Positions 1-11,492 of a stretch of DNA of 64,000 nucleotides are shown piece after piece. Origin of the DNA: Stegostoma tigrinum (taxonomy: Eukaryota). The notes beneath the pieces are model-generated. The model did no database searches. It saw only the letters and a program-made list of their open reading frames with translations, and was not told where the DNA came from. How positions within the stretch are numbered: position 1 is the stretch's first letter; every line of letters starts with the position of its first letter. Where the stretch lies: assembly GCF_030684315.1 (NCBI RefSeq), contig NC_081393.1:10117565-10181564 (forward strand), in the 5' to 3' direction. The position numbers and the translations under genes were made by a program.

Positions 1-456
1 TGTCTTTCTACAACATGAATATCATACAATCGACACAACAAAAAAAATATTGGATTCACAGAACAGCTTTTGTTTCCTCAAGCTCACAGAAAATGAATTA
101 CTTCCTCAGAAACAGTCACGGCTTTCAGAGAGGACATGACTCTCGTTTGTCTTGGCTGCTAAAGTAGGCTAACTCGTCAAAATTTATATTACTCAAGGGA
201 GAATGCTGACCAAGACACCAGCAGGAATCCCCATTCGATTACCACAAAGTAAAATTGAACCTTTTCATACACATGGTAAACAGATAAATACATCTTCAGG
301 TGAAAGTGTGAATCAGAGCTGTGAACAATCTGCTCTCCATCCTGTGCTGTGCATAGGGTATGTGCTCAGTATCTCGTCTGGAGATGGAACCAACAATTTT
401 GTGTTTGAGATGAATGAGCTATACAGTCCTCTGTCACAATTGAAAATATTTCTTAC

Positions 457-547
457 TGGATTGTGAAGCACCAACTCCTTAAGTGTCTGAACATCCTCAT
501 TAAATGTGGCTGACATCAAGAACGCCTGGTAAATCTTTGGAAGGTGC
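457..547 (-). CDS. DDX56: DDX56 DEAD-box RNA helicase, coding exon 5 (gene continues beyond the left edge)
   Basis: AG/GT-bounded 91-nt exon encoding (G)HLPKIYQAFLMSATFNEDVQTLKELVLHNP, including helicase motif III (SAT); phase matches exon 4. Confidence 0.93.
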
Positions 548-1080
548 CTGCAAATAGACAGAATGAGCCTTGAAGACAAGCACTCCATTTTGCACAACTA
601 TAGCCCCAAGAGGCCTCAGTGTTACACATGCTGCAACAAAAAGAATTACAGGTCAGCGAGTGACCTCATAAGAATTGCACAAATTCAGCAGGCAAGTATA
701 GGCTCCGGTGAAACAGGAGTGGGATCAATGCAATTAGCACAGTGCCACTCAGCTCATCAAGCACACTGGTTTAAATTTTCAAAAAAAGGCCATTTGGGCC
801 ATTACACTCTTGTTAGCTCCTCACAAGAGGAACTTGATGAATCTCAAGCCCCCCTTTCTCCACTTATTCTTTTTCCCTTTTTGAACATCATGTTCAAAGT
901 CTCAATTGCACACTGTCTCAAGCAATGCATTTCAGTGCCTCACGATACATGTAAAAAAAATCTCTTCATTTTGGATTGTTTTGCCTATACCTCAAAATCA
1001 TGCCCTCCTACTCTGAGCCTTTGCAAATATAGCAACAATTCCTCACTCGTTAATGTCTCTAGGTGCAAAAAAAAACTTAC

Positions 1081-1251
1081 CCCAGCAGGTTTTTTAGGTC
1101 ATTTTCAAATCCAAACGAGAAGAGGAGATCAGCCTCATCAATCACGAGCATCGCCAGTGAGGTGGAGAGGTTCAGAGTGTGTTGTTCCAGATGTAGCAGA
1201 ATTCGGGAGGGTGTGCCAATTACTATGTCAGGTTTCTCCATTAATATAGGC
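1081..1251 (-). CDS. DDX56: DDX56 coding exon 4
   Basis: AG/GT-bounded 171 nt: (R)[56 protein letters not shown]; motif Ib (GTPSR) and the DEAD box. Confidence 0.95.
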
Positions 1252-1337
1252 CTGAAAGAGTGTTATAACTGAGAAGGTGCACAAGCTGTAATGCTGAAGA
1301 CAACAGTGCCCCAAGATCACGCACTCATATTTCATAC

Positions 1338-1492
1338 CTTTGTGCTGATATATCCACCTGCCCCGAGACATCAGCCGCTTGAACATCTCGAACACAATAC
1401 GAAGTGAGTTGTCGGATCATCTGCTGCACCTGTTGACCTAATTCCTTTGTAGGTACCAACACGAGAGCTCGCACTGCTTGTTCACAGACTGA
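1338..1492 (-). CDS. DDX56: DDX56 coding exon 3
   Basis: AG/GT-bounded 155 nt: SVCEQAVRALVLVPTKELGQQVQQMIRQLTSYCVRDVQAADVSGQVDISAQ; motif Ia (PTKEL). Confidence 0.93.
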
Positions 1493-2317
1493 CTAAGCAA
1501 TGACAAAAACAGTTTTAAAAAAATCAGTTTTGGTTTTTATTTAAAAAATCAAAGTTTTCTGCTGACTTTATTCTGCAACGTCAACAATTCATGCAGCCTG
1601 TGCTACCCTGTGGTAGTAAAAGGTACTTCCCTAACCTGTACACAGCTGATAATGAGCTGTTTGTAACACAGAGAGTAAATGAAGGCAGACGCAAACACCA
1701 TCATTAGCTACACGTGGCTGACACAGAGTCAGTCATTGCAGCACGAAAACAGACGCTTCGGTCTGACAAGTCGATGCTGAACATCATCCCAAACTAACCT
1801 CGTCCCATTTGCCAGTGCATCTCTGAACATTTCTGATTCATACACCAAGCTTAAAGTCTTATAATCATTTTAACTCTACTTGCGTCCACCACATTCCCTC
1901 GAAGTTCATTCCACACATGAATCACTGTGTGAAAAAACTGCCCCTCATTTCTTTTAAAATATTTGTCGTCTCACCATAAAAATAGGTCCCATGGTCTTGA
2001 AATCCCCAGCCTAGGGATTCTCAACTGTTGTTGAGACACAGAGCATTCTGGCAATTTCCAAGGTAACTTCTTGATCTCAATACTAAGGATAGGCTCAGGA
2101 ATTTCCAAATGAAAGAAGGAACGAAAGATCATTTTGGTGTAAGTACATTCTGCAGTTCTGTTTACATCCTCACCTGAGAAGTCTGAGCCCAGCTTCTGTA
2201 AATATCACATGAACCAATCCCAAGATTGCTCCCAAAAAAACATCAAATTCATCACATTTACAACTCTTTCACAATTAAAAATCAAGACAAATGAACTCAG
2301 TCCAATAATTTGTTTAC

Positions 2318-2479
2318 CTTTTTAGTGTTAAGAAGATGCTCTATGATGGGGATAGCATATGCTGCAGTTTTTCCTGACCCTGTACGTGCTCTAGCAAGGA
2401 GATCCTTTCCCTCAAGTGCCAGAGGAATGGCTTTTTCTTGGATCAAAGTCGGTTCAGCCCAATTGAGGTTTGCAATTGC
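2318..2479 (-). CDS. DDX56: DDX56 coding exon 2
   Basis: AG/GT-bounded 162 nt: [54 protein letters not shown]; Q motif and Walker A (ARTGSGKT). Confidence 0.95.
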
Positions 2480-3687
2480 CTAAACAATGTAAAATTTATA
2501 TTTGCATCGTGAGGCAAAATTTCAAGAAGTTGACCACATCTTTGCGACACACAAAGTCTCCCTCTCATCCAACTGCAACATGCACACCATCGCTCTTCTT
2601 CCATAAATGGATTCTGCACAAAATTTTGTAGAAATCTGATCCTGTTTTCATCTTGATAGCACGTTGTTCTTTGTCGATATACAAGATGCACCACATTCAG
2701 TATTGCAAATGGCAACAAGATCCTCAAAATTCTGGACGACCCTCTGTAACAGCATTGTGGATCTACCTACAGCACATCGCAGCAGTAAATCAAAAAGCAG
2801 CTCAGCACCAACTTTTGGAGGGTAATGAGGGATGGGTAGTAAATGCTGGCACAGCCGGCAACATCCAGATCTTGACAGTGATCTGAGAAAGATACCATCC
2901 TGTCTTCGGCATCTGCAAGAATCAGCAATGCTTTGCCACATTTGTGGGTTTTCATGACTCACAAAGACTGGTCTCTTGAACTGTTCAGCTCCAAACACAC
3001 CTGTGCCCCCACGTTCACCATTCCAGGCATTAATGCTCACTGTTTGTCCAAGCCGCCTATCCCCACCCTCTTCCCCCATGCTTCCCACCCCAACGTCCCC
3101 TCCTCCCCTGCCATCCTGTCATCCTCACTCCGTTCCCCGTACCCCACACCACCAACCACCCCACTCCCCCATATCCTACTCACCAATTCCCCAGAATCGC
3201 CCCTCACCCCATACCCATACCCTATTCCACCCCCACCCCCTACTCCTCCCCCATAGTCTACCCACACCCTCTTCCTCCAACCACCTTCCCCATCCCCTCC
3301 ACCCAACCTCTTTTCGCCAACCCCAACCCCTTCGCCACCCTCCCATCCCTTGCCCCCTTTAGAGCTCCATAACTGACTGACTCATTCACTCACCATTTTC
3401 CCCCCCTCTGAGGAAGCATCTCTGGACCCAAAACATTAATTCTAATTTCTCTCCACAGTTGGTGCCAGACCTGCTGAGTTTTCCCAGCAATTTCTGTTCT
3501 TGTTTCTGATTTACAGCATCCAGAGTTCTGAGTTAACAAGATGTGGAGAAGGATGAACACAGCAGGCCAAGCAGCATCAGAGGAGCAGAAAAGCTGACAT
3601 TTCGGGTCTAAATTCTTCTTCAGAATCTGCAAGAATTAGTAATGCTTTACCACATTTGTGGGTTTTCATGACTCGCAAAGACTGCTC

Positions 3688-5755
3688 CAACCTTAACGTT
3701 CCCCAACCCCGCACGGCCCATTTCCATCTCCTTTCCAAAATCCACAAACCTGCCTGCCCTGGTCAACCTATTGTCTCAGCCTGTTCCTGCCCCACCGAAC
3801 TCATCTCCACCTGTCTGGATAATGAAATGTGAGGCTGGATGAACACAGCAGGCCCAGCAGCATCTCAGGAGCACAAAAGCTGACGTTTCGGGCCTAGACC
3901 CTTCCCATTATCACTCCACCTGTCTGGACTCCATTTTCTCCCCTTTGGTCCAGGAACTCCCGACCTACGTCTGTGACACAACCCACACCCTCCACCTCCT
4001 CCAAAACTTCCAATTCCCTGGCCCCCAACACCTCATTTTCACCATGGACGTCCAGTCCCTATACACATGTATCCCTCATGCAGATGGCCTCAAGGCCCTC
4101 CACTTCTTCCTGTCCCGCGGGCACGACCAGTCTCCCTCCACCAACACCCTCATCCGCCTGGCCGAACACGTCCTCACATTCAACAACTTCTCTTTCGATT
4201 CCTCCCACTTCCTACAGACCAAGAGGGTGGCCATGGGTACCCGCATGAGCCCAAGCTATGCCTGCCTCTTTGTAGGTCACGTGGAACAGTCCCTCTTCCG
4301 CACCTACACAAGCCCCAAACCCCACCTCTTCCTCCGTTACATTGATGACTGTATCGGTGCCACCTCTTGCTCCCCAGAGGAGCTCGAACAGTTCATCCAC
4401 TTCACCAACACCTTCCACCCCAACCTCAAGTTCACCTGGGCCATCTCCAACACATCCCTCACCTTCCTGGACCTCTCAGTCTCCATCTCAGGTAACCAGG
4501 TAGAAACTGATGACCATTTCAAGCCCAACAACTCCCACAGCTACCTAGAATATACCTCCTCCCACCCACCCTCCTGCAAAAATTCCATCCCCTATTCCCA
4601 ATTCCTCCGCCTCCGCCCCCAGGATGAGGCATTCCACTCCCGCACATCCCAGATGTCCACGTCCATCAAGGACCGCACCTTTCCCCCAACTGTGGTCGAG
4701 AACACCCTTGACCGCGTCTCCCGCAACACATGCCTCACACCCCGCCCCTGCCACAACCGCCCCAAGAGGATCCCCCTCGTTCTCACATACCACCCCACCA
4801 ACCTCCGGATACAACGCATCATCCTCCCACACTTCCGCCATCTACAATCTGACCCCACCACCCCAGACATTTTTCCATCCCCACCCTTGTCTGCCTTCCG
4901 AAGGGACCACTCTCTCCATGACTCCCTTGTCCGCTCCACACTGCCCTCCAACCCCACCGCACCTGGCACCTTCCCCTGCAACCGCAGGAAGTGCTACACT
5001 TGCCCCCACACCTCCTCCCTCACCCACATCCCAGGCCCTAAGATGACTTTCCATATTAAGCAGATGTTCACCTGCACATCTGCCAATGTGGTATACTGAA
5101 TCCACCGTACCCGGTGTGGCTTCCTCTACATTGGGGAAACCAAACAGAGGCTTGGGAACCACTTTGCAGAACACCTCTGCTCAGTTCGCAATAAACAACT
5201 GCACCTGCCAGTCACGAACCATTTCCACTCCCCCTCCCATTCTTTAGATGACATGTCCCTCATGGGCCTCCTGCAGTGCCACAATGATGCCACCCGAAGG
5301 TTGCAGGAACAGCAACTCATATTCCGCTTGGGAACCCTGCAGCCCAATGGTATCAATGCGGACTTCACAAGCTTCAAAATCTCCCCTTCCCCCACCACAT
5401 CCCAAAACCAGCCTAGCTTGACCCCGCCTCCCTAACATGTTATTCCTCTCACCTATCCCTTCTCCCACCTCAAGCTGCACTGCCATTTCCTACCTCCTAA
5501 CCTCATCCCACCTCCTTGACCTGTCCATCTTCCTGGACTGACCTATCCCCTCCCTACCTCCCCACCTATACTCTCCTCTCCATCTTCGGTCCACCTCCTC
5601 CTCTCTCCCTATTTATTCCAGAACCCTCTCCGATGAAGGGTCTAGGCCCGAAATGTCAGCTTTTGTGCTCCTGAGATGCTGCTTGGCCTGCTGTGTTCAT
5701 TCAGCTTCACGCTTGGTTAGCTTGGATTCTCCAGCATCTGCAGTTCCTATCATCT
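3688..5755 (+). mobile_element. Penelope-like retroelement (RT plus GIY-YIG endonuclease), 5'-truncated and inactivated, in DDX56 intron 1
   Basis: ORF 3945-5099 has RT motifs MDVQSLYT, AMGTRMSPSYA and RYIDD; then NVVY*...LYIGETKQRL...F.EH (GIY-YIG) and the family terminal repeat; 6-bp TSD ctgctc (3682-3687, 5756-5761). Confidence 0.88.
3820..3913. mobile_element. 94-bp inverted Penelope-terminus insertion nested in the element above
   Basis: Flanked by a perfect 15-bp direct repeat ctccacctgtctgga (3805-3819, 3914-3928). Confidence 0.8.
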
Positions 5756-6353
5756 CTGCTCTCTTGAACTGTTCAGCTCCAACCACACCTGTGCCCCCAC
5801 GTTCACCATTCTAGGCATTTAGGTTCATTGCTGTTTGTCCAAGCTGCCTATCCCCACCCTCTTCCCCCATGCTTCCCACCCCAACCTCCCCTCTTCCCCT
5901 ACCATCCCCTCATCCTCACTCCCCTCCTCATATCCCACACCGTCCACCACCCCAATCGCCCATACCCTACTCACCACTTCCCCATAATCTTCCCCTCAAC
6001 CCATACCCATATCCTATTCCACCACCACCCTCCAGCCCCTATTCCTCCCCCATACTCTACCCACGCCATTGGCCCCAGGTTCACTATTCCAGTCATTTAG
6101 GTTCACTGCTGTTTGTCCAAACCCCCGATCCCCACCCTCTTCCCCTCGGCTTGTGAAGAAGGGTCTACACCCGAAACGTCAGCCTTTCTGCTCCCCGGCC
6201 TGCTGTGTTCATCCAGCTCTCCACCGTGTTATCTCAGATTCTCCAGCATCGGCAGTTCCCACTATCTCAGAGTTCTATTGGTTGTATTTGGTAATCTCCT
6301 CTCTATCCTGTCACACTCGCATTCCCCCATATCCATCCAGCTCTCTGTCAAAC

Positions 6354-6410
6354 CTGTAAGACTCTCTCATCCAGTCCCATCTCGTGGAACCTCAACTTCT
6401 CCGCCGCCAT
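6354..6410 (-). CDS. DDX56: DDX56 coding exon 1
   Basis: ATG in strong Kozak context (aagATGg), MAAEKLRFHEMGLDERVLQ then GT donor; resembles the vertebrate DDX56 N-terminus (F..MGLD.R.LQ). Confidence 0.92.
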
Positions 6411-6500
6411 CTTGCGCCTCGGGATGTCACGTGACTCCACGCGGCGCTCGCTGCTGCCGTCCGTGGTGGCGCCGCGTAACTGCAGTTCAATCCGCGTAGT
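6403..6500 (-). promoter_or_regulatory. CpG-rich DDX56 promoter/5' region with YY1 motif and palindromic E-box
   Basis: AAGATGGCGGC (YY1 consensus) at 6403-6413 overlaps the ATG; GTCACGTGAC at 6426-6435; local CpG enrichment. Confidence 0.6.
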
Positions 6501-7444
6501 TGGTGCAGAGGAGCTTGGTTCGCAGCCTGTGCGGGTTTGCCCTCCCGTTAAAACCATCGGTCTCAAAGAATTGCTCAAAATAGCATGTCCAAATCCGAAA
6601 ACAAGAGGCAACTCTGTCTTCCAGTTAAACAGCCCTGGTCAGAACTGTGATAAAAACAGAAATTTCTGGAGAAACTCAGTCGCTTTGACATCGTCTGAGA
6701 AGAGAAGCATTTCGCTGGATTGGAAATATTAACTCGGCTTTCTCTCCAAAGATGTTGCCAGAACTCTTGCAATTTCTGTTTTTGATTCTGACGTTCAACA
6801 TCCGTCGTACTTCGCTTCATTTGGGTCAGAATCGTCAGGTTTTGTCACCGTGTTGCTTGCTGACTTGATTGCCAAGTCCGCAAAGCGATTTCCACGTTCG
6901 ACCCAGATGGAAAAGTGAAATCCAAATTCCCTTCTGCACAGCATTTTCATTTCAGGGAAAAAATTACATTTTCTGAGAATACGAAACAATCCCAGCAGGG
7001 ACTGACAAATTCCAGAGCATGCTGAATAGTACGTGCAGAGCACACAGGTCAAATACTGCATGTAAAATGAATGAATTTTGAATGAGTTTGGACAAGCATA
7101 TGGACGTACATGGAATAGTGTAGGTTAGATGGGCTTCAGATCAGTATGACAGGTCGGCACAACATCGAGGGCCGAAGGGCCTGTACTGTGCTGAAATGTT
7201 CTATGTTCTATGACTTACTGTCACGTGTATTTTACAGTGAGAACAGGAAACAAAAGTGAGAAGTTTTTTTCCATGGTCGCCACAATTCAGCACCGTTTTG
7301 AATAATTTTAAAAATAAAGAAAAAGCTTAAAGACAGTCCATCCGTCCTGAGACAGCTTCCCATCAACAATGCCTGTGCTGCCATCCCTCCTCTACTGTCC
7401 CACAGCCATCTACACGAGACCCAAACAATATCGCCATTCTTCAG

Positions 7445-7669
7445 AGATAACAAAGTGTGGAGCTGGATGAACACAGCAGGCCAAGCTGCATCTCAGGACC
7501 ACAAAAGCTGACGTTTCGGGCCTAGACCCTTCATCAGAGAGGGGGATGAAGGGTCTAGGCCCGAAACGTCAGCTTTTGTGCTCCTGAGATGCTGCTTGGC
7601 CTGCTGTGTTCATCCAGCTCCACACTTTGTTATCTCGGATTCTCCAGCATCTGCAGTTCCCATTGTCAC
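7445..7669. mobile_element. Fold-back (inverted-repeat) Penelope-terminus element
   Basis: ~90-bp arms in opposite orientation; TSD tc(g/a)ccattcttcag at 7431-7444 and 7670-7683. Confidence 0.85.
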
Positions 7670-8914
7670 TCACCATTCTTCAGGCATCATGTGCTGTCGC
7701 TGGGCCAATTCTCCTGCACCACACCCTTGCTTCCACCTGCAACAGACCCACCAACATCAGAGTCTCACCTCCCCCCACTGGGACCACACAATGTCACCAT
7801 GACACCCATCTGCCACTGCTTCACCGGATAAAATTGGCAATCCCCATTTTTTGCTGCAAAGTCAACCTCACTGACATCACCTCTGCTTAAGTAGTTGCCA
7901 AATGCAATGCCAGACCCTGCATTTACCTGGAAAAGTAGGTGCTCACTCGCAGCTGCCAGAGTGTCCGCGCTGGGCTCAGGCAAATTGCCACGAGTTCCTT
8001 GGCACCGCCAAAGCCATCCGAGCTTAGGACAAGAGGTAAATAAAAAGTGGACAAAAGGAAAGGTCAGAGTGGATGAGCATCAGCTCAGGAGCCATCTTGT
8101 TGACATCTTGAAACAGCAGGACAAAACAAGTGACCTACATCCTAAACATAGCCGACGATTAAGTGGAAAGAGTTTTGGGAGCTGAAGTAGACATGGCATT
8201 CAATGGGTGACCACTCCAAAGTAGTAACACATGCAATGGTTTCACCAGTCACATAGACAGATGATGAGCGATCAGTACACGGATCTGGTCTCAGATTACG
8301 GGTTGAATATTGTGAGCAACTCTGGTCAGTGAGACACAAGAGAGTCGGTCTAGTAAATAAAATGTAACAGAGAAGGAACACAAGTCTGATCTCAGATGCT
8401 TCGTCCAAGGCACCTTCCAATCTCTGACCTCCACACACAAGAATAAAATGGCAGAAGACACACGGGAGCACCACCACCTGCAAGCTCCCTTCCAAGCCAC
8501 TCACTACATTGAACTGGAAATTTGTGGCAGGTTCAAGCCCTGTCACTGGGTCCTGGAACTTCTGTGCTGAAATGCCCACAGTGTCAAGCAATGTGCAGCC
8601 TTGGTGGATTAGCCATGGGAAATGCAGGTTTACAGGGATAGGGTAGGAGGGTGGGTCCGGGAGGGATGTCCTTTCGAGGGTTGTGATAGAATCAATGTGT
8701 CAAATAGTCTGGTTCCACACTGTAGGGATTCAATGATCCTATATAGCTGAGCCGCAGTGGTTACTGAAGGCAGCTCACAATTGCCTTCTCAAGGGCAATT
8801 CAGGATGAGCAATAAATATGAGCCCAGTCTGACACATATCATTAATGAGATTTGGCAGAAACTTGACACCTGCAGCTGGCACGATGAATAGGCTGGTAAT
8901 CATTAGAAAACCTT

Positions 8915-9250
8915 CAGAGTGGAATGAAACCATTCAGCCTATCGAATCTGCACCAATTTGTCAAAGAGCATCTCACCCAGACCCAGTTTCCCATCCTATC
9001 CTGTAAACCCTTATTCACAATGCTAACCCATCTTAACTGCATATCCCTGGACACTATTGGACAATTTAGCATGGCCAATCAAACTAACCTGAATATCTTT
9101 GGATTGTGGGAGGAAAACAAAGCATCCAGAGGAAATCCGTGCAGACCTGGGAGAATGTGCAAACTCTACACAGTCAGTCACCCAAGGCTGGAAACAAACC
9201 TGGGTCCCTGGCGCTGTAAGCATGTGCTGCTAACAACTGAGTCAGCAGGG
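8915..9250 (-). mobile_element. tRNA-derived SINE (HE1-like), degraded
   Basis: Same core (caatttagcatggccaatc...gggagaatgtgcaaactc) as the other SINE copies. Confidence 0.75.
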
Positions 9251-9544
9251 CGCCAATGTGATTTAGAGATGGTAGCTGAGACTGAAAACGTACATCAGAA
9301 ATATTACATCATCTTAAATTCTGGGCGTCGATCAAAAGAACAGTCCAAAACTCGGAAAACACTGCTTTTTCAGCTGGATCTCATGGCTCCCAAGAACATA
9401 AAATTGTCAGACACTTGAAGGAATTTGGGCAGAAATGAGAAGGTGAAGAACTTGGAATCCTTCAACAACTGCATGTGATTAACAACATGTTTCTGAATGT
9501 GGGCAAACCAGTGTGGGACCAGGAACAAGTTCAGACTGAAAAAG

Positions 9545-10205
9545 CAGTAAAAGAACAAAGAACAAGCACAGCACCTTTGGCCCTCCGAGCCTGTGCCAAC
9601 ACATTTTGCCCTTCCATATTAAAACTGTCTTCACTTCGAGAATCTGTATCCTTCTGTTCCCTTCCTATTTACGGATTTGTCCAATTGGCTCGTGAATGCT
9701 GTTGTTATGCCTGCTTCCACCATCTCTGCTGGCAGCACATTCCAGGCACTCACCACGCTTTGTGTGAAAAGCATGCCTCGCTCATCTCTTTGAAACATTC
9801 CCCACCTCACATGTTGAACCTGTGTCCCCTAGTAATTGACCCCTCTGCCCTGGGAAAAAGCCTCATTCTTTCCACTCTATGTATGCCATTCACAATCTTA
9901 TAAATTTCGATCAGGTCGACCCTTCAACCTCCTGCATTTCAGTGAAAGCAAACCCAGTCTATCTGACCTTTCTTCTTAGCTAAGATCCCCCATACCAAGC
10001 AACATCCTGGTGAACCTTTTCTGTACCCTGTCCAAAACATACATATCTTCTGGTACTTTGGTGACCAGAACTGTACACAATATTCCAAATGTGGTCCAAC
10101 TAAAGGTCTATATATCTGCAGCATAACGTGTCTATCCTCATACACAATGCACCTTCCAGTGAAGGCAAGCATGATATAGGCCCATTTTACTACCCTATCT
10201 ACCTT
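9545..10205 (-). mobile_element. CR1 LINE 3' fragment
   Basis: ORF 9939-10172 LVGPHLEYCVQFWSP followed by 3' UTR. Confidence 0.75.
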
Positions 10206-11492
10206 TAAAAGCTACTGACCCTGAATTCCACAATTTGCAACAACTTGTATTCTCATGGTACATTTCAGGTCATAAAACACTGAAAGTCACTTTACAGAAA
10301 TGCTGTTAAACAAAATGTAACACTGAGCTGCGTGAGAGGTTATGAGAACATACCACCCTCCGTGGTCAAAGAAATGTGCTCATTCAAAGAAAAATGATTC
10401 TCAGCAGTTTAAAGCAGACACAATGGTGGATTAAATTCAGCAATGTTCAAAAAGGCAGAAAAGGAACAATGCAGATTGTAAGGGAAAGGGACATTTGAGA
10501 TAGGGAAAGGCCACATTTCTCCAGATTCTGAACTCAGCTACAGTCTTGGACTCAATTTTATTTCAGTCCAATGCAAAACTTTCCACCCCATGGAAATCCT
10601 TGCAGGAAAAATGCTCGACTGAATTGCTTCTTAAACATTTGTCCAAGATCTGCAGGTGGAATACACCTGTGAACGACTTAGCAGTCCTGCCCTTTCTCCT
10701 TTCACTTGTCAACAGTACAAAAACACGAAAACTGAAAGAATGCACTGCTTTCAACAAAGCACCAATCGATATTATCTGCTGCTATGCTTGAGAGGCTGAT
10801 TCTCAGATCAAACAACAGGTTCAGCTACTTCCTGTCCTTTGATTTCAGCCCCAAAAGTGTTCCAGATCCAATCTCACGGTTCTATGCTTATGTAGTGACA
10901 TGAATTTGCTAAGAAAATTACATGATTTATGTCATGTATGCTGAAGCCATAGTGTGTGTGGTGCCTATGAGTGATCAGAATGCGGGCTCTGAGATAACAA
11001 AGTGTGGAGCTGGATGAACACAGCAGGCCAAGCAGCATCTTAGGAGCACAAAAGCTGATGTTTCGGACCTGGACCCTTCATCAGAAAAGGGGAGGGGGAG
11101 AGGGGGAGGCGGATCGAAGATGGGTAGAGGAGAATATAGGTGGAGAGGAGACAGACAAGTTAAAGGGGCGGGGATGGAGCCAGTAGAGGTGAATGTAGGT
11201 GGGGAGGTAGGGAGGGAATAGGTCAATCTGGGAAAGACGGATAGGTCGAGGAGGCGGGATGAGGTTAGTAGGGAGGGAATGGAGGTGTGGCTTGAGCTGG
11301 GGGAGGGGATAGGTGAGAGGAAGAACAGGTCAGGGAGGCGGGGATGAGCTGGGCTGGTTTTGGGATGCAGTGGGGGGAGGGGGCGAACTGGGCTGGTTTT
11401 GGGATGTAGTGGGGAAGGGGAGATTTTGAAGCTGGTGAAGTCCACATTGATCCCATTGGGCTGCAGGGTTCCCAAGCGGAATATGAGTTGCT

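Larger units (their letters stand above)
2910..6150. repeat. Local tandem duplication in DDX56 intron 1 (copy 1 ~2910-3360; copy 2 = 3625-3687 plus 5756-~6150)
   Basis: atctgcaagaat...catgactc.caaagactg.tctcttgaactgttcagctcc occurs intact in copy 1 and split by the Penelope insertion in copy 2. Confidence 0.8.

Noticed and set aside
2933-3362. Proline-rich ORFs in the C-rich tract (also 5828-6156)
   Set aside because: Low-complexity intronic sequence with no splice or homology support.
7765-7983. Possible exon in minus ORF 7765-7983, which has an acceptor-like cttttccag
   Set aside because: No recognisable homology, a weak donor and no partner exons.
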